DNA from: Pecten maximus
Lineage: Eukaryota
Length of the DNA: 64,000 nt
Assembly: GCF_902652985.1 (NCBI RefSeq)
Contig: NC_047017.1
Location: 51,770,001-51,834,000, forward strand
Direction of reading: 5' to 3'
Below are positions 35,559 through 47,174 of this stretch, piece by piece. The translations under genes were made by a program, and so were the position numbers. The notes beneath the pieces are model-generated. The model had not been told where the DNA came from. It saw only the letters and a list, made by a program, of their open reading frames with translations, and made no database searches. How positions within the stretch are numbered: position 1 is the stretch's first letter; each line of letters starts with the position of its first letter.

Positions 35559-37648
35559 CCTGTACAAATGCTATGGCTGGTCAACGGATGAGTGTACAGT
35601 ACTTATATGGTGTGACACACCTGTCTTAACGCCATAACCACACGCTACATTGCCTTTATAAAGAATGGAAAGCCGATCTTTCCGGCTATTTAGGTTTTCG
35701 TCCAGTTACATATATAAAAGTCAAATAAAGACTAATCATACATACGACTTCGTCACTAATCTTTTCCGTTTTGACGTCAAAATAAGGGACAGGTGTTACA
35801 AGTGTTAATTTCACAATGCCTTGACACGATACAGATTTACAGTGTGTTCAGTACACTACATATCTTTTGATAGTTTGATGTGTTTGAAGTTTTAAAAGTT
35901 CCCTGAGTAAGGTATTATTAAACCGAATGATTAGATTTCTAGATTTGTATTTCCTAAGTTAAAAACGTCTTGGTATAGCTAGTGATATCCCAACCATTCT
36001 TATGTGTATTACACTTGACAGACAGCTGGCTTTTACCAATTAATGATGTCATTCATTTCATTTCTAGTTATTCTTTTATTTTATGATCTATACGTTTATT
36101 AGCATGACGAAAGCCAAATTCTGCGTCAGGACTGCCACATTATCATAAGATGAAATGGCAATTAAGGGGTTCATAATCTGTGGACAACTTCATTACATGC
36201 CATCATCTGTTGCCGGAATGTAAGTAGATATACATCATCTGTTGCCGGGATGTAAGTAGATTATGCATTATATTGTTATTACGGGATGTTAGTATATACA
36301 CATTATTTGGTGATTGTGAGAGATTGGGTGAAGGAAAATTATATTGAAATGAATTACGTAATTTGGGAAACATATACATCATTATTGATAAATATCGAAT
36401 CTGGTATTAGGTTCCCTTGGGAACGGGGACCGCTATATTTAGATACCATCATCGAATTGAGGTAAAAGTATATCTTTTATATTAAATCAAAATACATGTA
36501 GATAATATAAGTACTTTTAAAGCAAGATATCACATCCATGTTATTATTGCAAGCATTCCAATGGCGAAAAAAACCCGATAAATGTTAAGTTCGTAACTTT
36601 GCTGCCGAATCCATATCACGTAAAATGGAGATACCTAAGACCTGATGAATGCCTTCCGTAGTGCCATACCACATGTGTTTTCATTGTATTCTGCACTAGA
36701 TTTTTATGCGGATTACATTGATTTGTTTTTGTTTTTGGACCCTAGTGGGTTTTTTTTCTGATGTTTACTATCTGTTCGTATCGTTTGTTTCAATACTTAT
36801 TTCCTTTATTTGTTTATTTGATTATCTATTTATTTATCTATTCTTTTTTATTTATCATTTACTTATTAATGGGAGCTATGTACAAAAAGAAATATGTTGA
36901 TGAAATCTGAATATAGTACTTATACAATACTCAGCCTGTGGACTATTTGTCTCTTCAGTTTAGCGGTCTCTCCCTTGCATATGAAACTTAGAGGTTTAAT
37001 GAGAGCTACGACGTGAAAGTCAGATTAGAATGATTCGTTGTCATACGGTGATGGAACAGACCGACATTAGAATATTGCCATTAAGAATACGGTATGATGT
37101 AATATATTCATTAATCCCCATTGTAATGTATCTCGGCGCTAGAGATCAATCCATTGGAGTATATGTACTCGGCTGCCCTGCTTTAACTGGCCTATTTTTT
37201 CTTTGTGTAACCGTTTCCTGTCTGTAGGATTGGAGTAATTTGGACAGTCCATATATAATGGTGTATTAGTACATTACTATAGTATGATAAATCTAATAAA
37301 CATTACTTTATATGTAAATACCAGAGGTCATAGGTCAAAAACAAAAACCAATATTTCGAGATATTTTTTAAGATAAACCTATTTCATGGTAGTCTGCTTC
37401 GTTCAGTCATCTGTTTTTAAATATGTTGATAACTAGGGATTATACATCATGTGTGTGTATGGTTCCACTCTTACCTCAGCATATGAATAGGAATTAAGTT
37501 GTAAATAATGGCTTTGCACTTTGATCTGAAGCATATGACAACCATTACGAAGCAATAAGGGGCGGTACGATATGCTATATACAGTAACTAAATTAGGTCT
37601 TACCTTTTACAGGATTAAGATCCACTCTGATACAAGACGTTCGCCGAC

Positions 37649-39551
37649 ATGACGCCACTTCGAAATATATTGTTTTCTTTGATCATTGCTTTTGGTAAGT
37701 TATTGTTTATTGTAATCGACCGTTACTTAACTACATTTAACCGGTATCATTTCTGTTAAAACGTTAATTGTATCAATGTTTATGAGTTTGAATACACTAA
37801 CTGAATATTTCGCATGTTTAAATTTTTATTTAAAACACGTTGACGACATGAACTTGGCCGGTTATATAGCTGGATTCTAAAAGTGTGTATTAAATAGTTT
37901 TCCTAAAGAAATAGCATACATTTTAACAATTAAATCGGTTTGATGACAATCATTTAATTCGTGAATTCAATAAATATAGATTAAATACAGCTTTCGCTGA
38001 ATGGCAACATTAGGTATTCATCTAAAGTATGTCAACACAATTTCTTATTTCAGCAGTGGAATGTGCTCTTCTAGGAAAACGAGGTTTGTGCTACCGTGTT
38101 CTGATTTATCTAAGATTAAGATACATTTGTACTTTGTCAGTAAGAACGATGTCACTTGAGTTCTAGCTTGAAATGTACATTTCATCGTTAAATAACGATA
38201 AGCTTTTATTAGTGCAGTCGTAACTAGGCGGAACTTTTCCACCAATAAAGGCGCTGAAATGATAACAATGTTAAAATATGTACGCTTTATTACATGAAAT
38301 CCAAAGTAATGAACATTTATTTTAGTTCTAGTTTGATGTTTTGAGAGCACGCTGCCTCAATGGTGGATGCATACCTCTTCATATCGAAACAGATACTTTT
38401 TGTCAAATTTCCCCATCACTATTTTCAAATCTACGCCACCGATTCTAAAAAAGCAAATAAGAATAAAGGTACCAGAGAGATATAAAAATTATTGAGATGA
38501 ATTAAATCATTAATACATTATGAATCTTTCTCACAAAAGAGACTTTTTTCGAAAATATCAAATTGGCTTTCTCATTTCATTTTTAACATATTTGCTGATG
38601 ATTATAAACAGTTTTCTTGACTACTTATTACAGACCAATGTTTTAATAAAAGTTTGACTCATTTTATTACTGAAGAATCACGATCTGTAGGAAGTAGTAG
38701 TGGAGGATACAACATTGACAGCGTTATCAGTGACAGCAGCAGTGGAGAACACGGCTGTATTCACGGTAATATAACAGTACAGTAGCGACGAGGTGCCAAC
38801 CTATCATTTCGTTATGAAATAACAAAATTTACGTCACATTTTGATAACTTTTTATACAAAAACAAATGCCTTATTCTCAACCAATAGGCCAATAATACAA
38901 TAATTATATTGTCCTTACACGTCCTAGAAGGACGAACCATCAAAACCTCAGCGTGTTGTTAATCGTTATCGCCATCAAATGAAGTGATAGTTAAAATTAG
39001 ACTTAAAATGTATTTACAGTTATCAAGTGAGGCGTTCAATACCGAGATTACAAAATGATTGTCTTAAACTAATCCGAAATTCGTTTACAGCAATCAAGTG
39101 TGGAGTTCGAGCTTATCCTCTAGGACGAATGTGTGTATGTTACCCGGAATACAAAGGCAATCCTTATACAAACTGCTATGGTAAGTAGTTAATAAACGAA
39201 AAAAACACGGACGAACGGCCATGCTTAAACAAAGATAGTGCATACACATTGCTTTCCAGAATATCATCTTTACAGCACATGTCTGTATCTAGAATGTTTC
39301 TTTTTTTCAAAATCATTCAGACAAATGTTAAACACCACTCAGTCGTATGAAAACAATAGTTCATATATCATTTGGAAACAATACTTTAAACAATACTTTA
39401 TATTTCCTGTGAAAACAATAGTTCATATATCATTTGGAAACAATTGTGTAGGTTTATGCAATAATTCTGTGCCGAAGATAACCTGTATTAAATGTAGGAA
39501 TTTTAACAAATAGTCTTACTTTCTTTTTCAGACAAGGAGAATCATGAGTAA
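37649..39551 (+). CDS. Paralog D: small secreted prepro-peptide with Ser/Gly segment and mini EGF-like module (~91 aa, 5 coding exons)
   Basis: Exons 37649-37694 (MTPLRNILFSLIIAF), 38054-38083 (AVECALLGKR, homologous to B exon 2), 38676-38765 (ESRSVGSSSGGYNIDSVISDSSSGEHGCIH; alternative in-frame acceptor at 38690), 39091-39180 (AIKCGVRAYPLGRMCVCYPEYKGNPYTNCY), 39532-39551 (DKENHE*). Phase-1 introns; AATAAA at 39605. Confidence 0.78.
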
Positions 39552-39706
39552 AAACAATACATAATCACCACATTACCTCGTATCTTACATGATCCAGTTG
39601 TTCAAATAAAATGTTATCTAACATCAATATACAAAGTCTGTTGTGTATTCCTTAAAAATAAAATCTAAGAGCAAATAAACAAAAACAATTTTTGCGAAAA
39701 GACACT

Positions 39707-42455
39707 CACAAATAGATCTGTACTGAATTCATTAACACCACCAATATATATGTACTGAATTCATTAACACCACCAATAGATATGTACTGAATTTATTAAC
39801 ACCACAAATAGATCAGTACTGAATTCATTAACACCACAAATAGATCAGTACTGAATTCATTAACACCACAAATAGATCTGTACTGAATTCGTTAACACCA
39901 CAAATATATATGTACTGAATTCCCTAACACCACCAATAGATCTGTACTGAATTCATTAACACCACAAATAGATCAGTACTGAATTCGTTAACACCACAAA
40001 TAGATCTGTACTGAATTCATTAACACCACAAACAGATCTGTACTGAATTCATTAACACCACAAATAGATCTGTACTGAATTCCGTAACACCACCAATAGA
40101 TATGTACTGAATTCCCTAACACCACAAACAGATCTGTACTGAATTCCCTAACACCACAAATAGATCAGTACTGAATTCCTTAACACCACAAATAGATCTA
40201 TACTGAATTCCTAAACACCACCAATAGATCTGTACTGAATTCCCTAACACCACCAATAGATCAGTACTGAATTCATTAACACCACAAATAGATCTGTACC
40301 GAATTCATCAAAACCACAAATAGATCTGTACTGAATTCCTTAACACCACCAATAGATCTATACTGAATTCATTAACACCACAAATATATATGTACTGAAT
40401 TCCCTAACACCACAAACAGATCTGTACTGAATTCCTTAACACCACAAATAGATCTGTACTGAATTCCCTAACACCACAAATAGATCTATACTGAATTCAT
40501 TAACACCACAAATAGATCTGTACTGAATTCATTAACACCACAAATAGATCTATACTGAATTCATTAACACCACAAATAGATCTATACTGAATTCATTAAC
40601 ACCACAATAGATCTGTACTGAATTCCCTAACACCACAAATAGATCTGTACTGAATTCATTAACACCACAAATAGATCTGTACTGAATTCATCAAAACCAC
40701 AAATAGATCTGTACTGAATTCATTAACACCACAAATAGATCTGTACTGAATTCCTTACAACCACAAATAGATCTAGTACTGAATTCCTAACACCACCAAG
40801 AGATCTGTACTGAATTGCCCTAACACCACCGATAGATCATGTACTGAATTTCATTAATCACCACTAAATAGATCTGTACTGAAATTCATCTAAACACCGC
40901 ACAAATAGATCTGTACTGAATTCCCTTAACACCACAAATATATCTAGTACTGAGGAATTACCTAGACACCACAAATAGATATGTACTGAATTCATTAACA
41001 CCACAAATAGATCTGTACTGAATTCATTAACACCACAAATAGATCTGTACTGAATTCCCTAACACCACAAACAGATCTGTACTGAATTCCTTAACACCAC
41101 AAATAGATCAGTACTGAATTCGTTAACATCACCAATAGCTCTGTACTGAATTCATTAACACCACAAATAGATCTGTACTGAATTCCTTAACACCATAAAT
41201 AGATCTGTACTGAATTCCCTAACACCACAAATATATATGTACTGAATTCCCTAACACCACAAACATATCTGTACTGAATTCCTTAACACCACAAATAGAT
41301 CTGTACTGAATTCCATAACACCACAAATAGATCTGTACTGAATTCATCAAAACCACAAATAGATCTATACTGAATTCATTAACACCACAAACAGATCTGT
41401 ACTGAATTCCTTAACACCACCAATAGATATGTACTGAATTTATTAACACCATCAATAGATCTGTACTGAATTCTCTAACACCGCAAACAGATCTGTACTG
41501 AATTCCCTAACACCACAAATATATATGTACTGAATTCATTAACACCACAAACAGATCTGTACTGAATTCCTTAACACCACAAATAGATCTGTACTGAATT
41601 CCTTAACACCACAAATAGATCTGTACTGAATTCCTTACAACCACAAATAGATCTTTACTGAATTCGTTAACACCACCAATAGATATTACTGAATTCATTA
41701 ACACCACAAATAGATCAGTACTGAATTCGTTAACACCACAAATAGATCTGTACTGAATTCATTAACACCACAAATAGATCTGTACTGAATTCATTAACAC
41801 CACAAATAGATCTGTACTGAATTCATTAACACCATCAATAGATCTGTAATGAATTCATTAACACCACAAATAGATCTGTACTGAATTCATTAACACCATA
41901 AATAGATCTGTACTGAATTCGTTAACACCACAAATATATCTATACTGAATTCATTAACACCACAAATAGATCTATACTGAATTCGTTAACACCACAAATA
42001 GATCTATACTGAATTCGTTAACACCACAAATAGATCTGTACTGAATTCATTAACACCACAAATAGATCAGTACTGAATTCGTTAACACCACAAATAGATC
42101 TATACTGAATTCATTAACACCACAAACAGATCAGTACTGAATTTCTTAACACCACAAATAGATCAGTACTGAATTCCCTAACACCACAAATAGATCTGTA
42201 CTGAATTTCTTAACACCACAAATAGATATGTACTGAATTCCTTAACACCACAAATAGATCTGTACTGAATTTCTTAACACCACAAATAGATCAGTACTGA
42301 ATTCGTTAACACCACCAATAGATCTATACTGAATTCGTTAACACCACCAATAGATCAGTACTGAATTCCCTTACACCACAAATATATATATACTGAATTC
42401 CTTAACACCACAAATAGATCAGTACTGAATTCCTTAACACCACAAATAGATATGT
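39707..42455. repeat. 32-bp satellite array, ~85 copies
   Basis: Unit aaatagatctgtactgaattcattaacaccac (contains AGATCT and GAATTC); no unique spacers. Confidence 0.97.
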
Positions 42456-42569
42456 CCTGTACAGAATCTATGTTTGGGATAAGCTTCATTTAAAGTTGGT
42501 CAGTTAGTGAATGTTTGTAACATTGGAGATTCCATCTATATTTGTGTTTGTGTCTTACGCTGGTTTTAT

Positions 42570-42905
42570 CGATTTTGAGGTGGAATTTCGGTTTCGTTAT
42601 TAAGTCGGTATTCTCTGTTAATTTGGAGTTCGAATTTTGGTTTCGTTATTTAGACGGTATTCTCTGTTGATTTGGAGGCGGAATTTTGGTTTCGTTATTT
42701 AGACGGTATTCTCTGTTCATTTGGAGTTAAAATTTCTGTTTCGTTGTAAGGTCGGTATTCTCTGTTGATTTTGAAATGGAGTTCCGGTTTCGTTATTATG
42801 TCGGTATTCTCTGTTAATTTGGAGTTGGAATATCGGTTTCGTTATTATGTCAGTATTCTCTGTTGATTTGGAGTCGGAATTTCGGTTTCGTTATTAAGTC
42901 GGCAT
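42570..42905. repeat. 49-bp tandem repeat, ~7 copies
   Basis: ggtattctctgttgatttggagtcggaatttcggtttcgttattaagtc repeated. Confidence 0.85.
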
Positions 42906-44409
42906 TCTTTATTATTATCCTGATATGACCCTGACAGGTGACAGGACGTTAAATAACATGGAAAATATGTTTTTAATTGGATATAATATTCTTAAAAATC
43001 AGCTTATAATTATTTCGTATACGTCAATCTCTTTTCTGATCAATTATATTTTTATTGACTGAAATAATATATAAATGCATAATCTCATCATCAAAATCAC
43101 ATCATTAATGAAATGCCTCAAGTGAAATATAATCACTAGCAAGTTTTCATGTTTTATACTTTATGATGTTCGCTCGAGAGGAGACACACACCGTACAACC
43201 GACAAACAAGCCCATTTAAGGCAATCTTGATTTTGAGTGCTCCATGATGATTGGTCCGCACGACCAGGAAGTTGTTTTATCGTCAACGATATCTTTGACA
43301 TCGCAACATGACTACCGTTTTTGTTTTTGATTTTCTGTTTTTTAATGCAGCAGCCTACTTAAGGACGAAATCGGTCGTGAGTATCATAACTTCAACATTG
43401 ACGTGCCGTTTATCACAATTCCTGCAACTTGAACAATTATGGCTTTTGTAGACGTTTCAAAAATATCTTGTCAACAATTTTACCGAATGACAACGCGAAA
43501 CTCATATGGATTGTGCACGAAAACTACTAAGATGGCAGTCGTGTATTAAGGGTCATTTGAGGTTATTTTCTTCTATTTTAAAGATCCCCATTGGTCCAAT
43601 ACACATTTCGTAGAGCGATACATTGGGTTTCACTTCGTTCATTTAAGGGAATACGACATGGAAATAACAGACTGATTGTCCTGACAATTGATATTGTTTT
43701 TGCACCACTACTAGCATTTGCTTTATTGCAAAAGATCACCGTCTTTTTCTGCTCATTTTTAGTGACCTAGACTTGTTTAGAGGAATTTTTTATCTTCAAA
43801 AACGCAATTATTGTTTTATCAGAGGAAAATTTATATGTAAATAATTAGTTGTTTTTATAACTATGCCAGACTGTACATGTATGTTTGACGTTAGATTGGT
43901 AATCTTGACAACAACTTGACATTTAACTTATTTTCTCAAATTGCCCGTGTAACTTTGCCACCACATACATTGGGATTGGCACACGCTTTTGCCTCAGTAG
44001 TCCAAATATTCTTACCACGACCCGGAACATTTGAAATTACATACACAATTTATATGAATTATGCGTTGTCATTTGTTGGAACAAATATCATTGTTGTAAA
44101 TGTCTACAAAACCTCTAAATGTTCGGGCTAAAGGAATTATGATATACTGCACGTCGAAGTTAAAGCTACGAAATAATGACCGATGTTGTCAAGTAGACCA
44201 CTGTATACTATTGGTAACTTGAGTAAGACTACGGCAGTCATGTCATGTCGTGTTACTTCAGATCCCAAACGTATTTGGTATTCAATCCAGGTCACCGCGT
44301 TAGAAATTACTACGACTATATAATTAATCAACAAAATGTTGTGACTACCAGCAATCACGTCAATATTTCCCTCTCGTTGTGAACTATTTGTATTTTAGTA
44401 AGACCGAGA

Positions 44410-44825
44410 CAGAGGACATCTAACAGTGTCTTCAGTAATACCAAATATATTTCACGAGTGGGGCTAATATTTTGATATGTTTCACGAGTGCGCAGCACGA
44501 GTGAAAAATATCAAAATATTAGCCGCATGAGTGAAATATATTTGGTGTAACTGAAGACAATGTTAGATATTCTGTTTATTACATTTGTTATCAACGAAAA
44601 CCCTACCCCGTATGCTAACTAGGACTACAGCGATAATTTGTAAACAAAAAAAGTAGTTTCCCCTGTCCAGGTGCTGACATATATATGTCGGGCTTTCTGA
44701 TTGGTCAATTATTTTGGTATTTTCTAATCATTAATTTGATTGGTCAAATCAGCAAAAGTGATATGGATCACTTTTATAGAATGAATATTTTTTTTTATAT
44801 TTCACTGGTAAAAATGTAATAAATA
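44410..44825. mobile_element. Non-autonomous repeat with ~160-bp palindrome
   Basis: 44412-44572 folds on itself (tctaaca.tgtcttcagt...tttcacgagtg-cgcag-cacgagtgaaa...actgaagaca.tgttaga); end ttcactggtaaaaatgtaataaa resembles the end of 8430-9027. Confidence 0.65.
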
Positions 44826-44903
44826 GCTATATTACATACATAGAAGATACCTTGATCCTACAAGAACTATCACAGGTTTGGTCAAGGTAGGCAATATAAA
44901 CTA

Positions 44904-45244
44904 TAACAAGGGGCCGTTGGATAACTCCGCTAATAAGGGGGTAAGGGGCATAATTTTGGTATGTGACACTCCGGCTCATCTAGATGTATATTTGTGTTAA
45001 GCATGGAGAGCTCAACACCATATGTGCCCGAAGTAAAATCATCAAAGGGGAATAACTCCACAACTATGGGGGTAAGGGGCATGCTGTCGGTATGCGTCAC
45101 TCCGGCTCATCAATATATATATATTTGTGTCAAGTATGGAGAGCCTGGGTCGAGTAGTATTGGTGTAATGGTCCGGACAACATATGTGCCCGCCCGCCAA
45201 CATGATAACATAATACGTCCCGTCTTTCGTCGGGCGTATAAAAA
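44904..45244. mobile_element. Helentron-associated (HINE-like) element
   Basis: Starts aacaaggggcc, has internal repeats, ends ataatacgtcccgtctttcgtcgggcgtataaaaa (terminal hairpin). Confidence 0.6.
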
Positions 45245-47174
45245 GTAGCCACAAATGTGAGGGCAATGCCATTCCATCAGTGTTGTCTTTTTAAACACGT
45301 ACGAGGGATATATTTAATAAATTTAATCAAAATCAGACTATGTTTAAATATGATATGAATTCTCAGTTTGATTACAGATAAACACACACTTTAATAAACC
45401 TCAAACACGGCGAGAATTCGATGGTTCACTGTGGCTGTTATGAAAATAATTATCGAGTAGTTGAATCTGCAGCCATTTACACCAACTAATACCATATGTC
45501 TTTAAAATCATGGTTTTATTTTAATTTAAAATCGTTTATGAAATAATCTAGTTATAGGCTATTACCGAAATTAAAACCTACACTGCAATGCGTTTTTATC
45601 ATGAAGTATTATCATTTCACATGAATTTTTGCTTTTTGCTTTTTGGATATGTTTTTTATGGGTTGTTTTTTTTTTTATTAGAATCCTTTCTTTCGTCAGT
45701 TACTGAGAAGGGATGGCGACAGGTGTGCTTTACTTCCCTGTTAACATCGGATTACCACGTGCATGGAAGTAGGTTTCGCAGCTCTAACGGATTTACATTA
45801 TCCTCAGTCGTAATGCTTGTAATTCCCCCGGACGTAACAATAGCATTAGGTATACATGTGGTTGATCCCTAAGGAGATCGGATAACGACCTTACAACGTA
45901 CATCATTTCACCCAATAAATTTCTTTTTTTTCGAAATTTGCTATTAGACATTGCGTGATAGTGTTCCGTAAATATAAATTAAACCAATGACCCAAATATG
46001 ATGAAAATTGGTTTGTAAGAGTAAGCTTTAATGCAAGTCCATTGTGATTCCTAGTTAATCCACATATCGTGTTTTAGATTGCAATTCTACGTATTACATC
46101 GCTCCAACATTATAAGGTCCTGTAATGACAAGGCGCATTTCTAATGGACAAACACATTCGATCTTATGCAGCGACTACCAGACCATCATGGGTCCAGTGA
46201 AAAATTACACGGAAATCCAATATAAAAGCAAAATGAAACCAGACACATGCAGAAACGTACGCGCTGTCGTATAAATATGGGTGTCGTAAGTGGTGAAAGA
46301 GAAACCAGACAGGGCTGTGATTGTGTGTGTACTCCAAATAGGAAAAATGCATTGAAATCGAGTAAGAATGAGGCTAATCCATCGAGATAGATTTGCAAAC
46401 AACATTACGAACCTCGGCGAGGTAAATTGATAAGGATACTAGACGACACTCTGTCAATTGTTTCGGAAGCACTAGTCTTCCCTCCAGATTCATTTGCATT
46501 TTGGAAGACAGAACACGGAAATTGACACAAGAAACGATCCATGTAAAAGCATTTCTATAAGTAATGTTCGCTATAGGATTAAGACTGATACTACCAGTTA
46601 TCGATCTCTTGAATGGTGGCTACAAACAAAGAATTGTTTACGGACTTGTCGCCTCGGGTAAACAAGGGCGGTGTATTCCCTGATAACTGACAGACGTGGC
46701 ATTTAACGCCATAGTGAGAAGATGGTAGATAAATGTAATATTTGTGGATTAGGGAATTACCACAGTGATGATTGATAAACATCAAGTATTCAGGTTGTTT
46801 AATCTCACTGTTCATTTATTCCTGTTTGAACATTATTTATTGTTCCCAACTTTTACTTGTTGGATGAATAGTGGGCTTATATCCAAGTCAGTCTTTTGGA
46901 ATGTTTTTGATGGCCGGAATTCATCATCAAACGATGACTTCTTGAAAGCATTTTGAGGTCTGCAAATGAAGTATGCAAACGACAGAACAATTTGGTTGCC
47001 AGGTTAAAAATGAAAATTAAATTCAGCATTCGGTCATAGAATGGAGCTTTCCTGTGTACTTAACCTAGCTGTATGATATATCTGTTGATCTGTAATAAAA
47101 ACAAACGAAACATTTAAATGGTAAAATATGAAATCTATTTACATGTTTGTATGTACAGGTTCTTGTTAACAGTG

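Noticed and set aside
37991-38013. Candidate exon 2 of paralog D (AFAEWQH*)
   Set aside because: Contains an in-frame stop and is not a multiple of 3; 38054-38083 is in frame and homologous to B exon 2.
39707-42455. CRISPR-like 32-bp repeat array
   Set aside because: Units are contiguous with no unique spacers, there are no cas genes, and the context is eukaryotic; this is a satellite.
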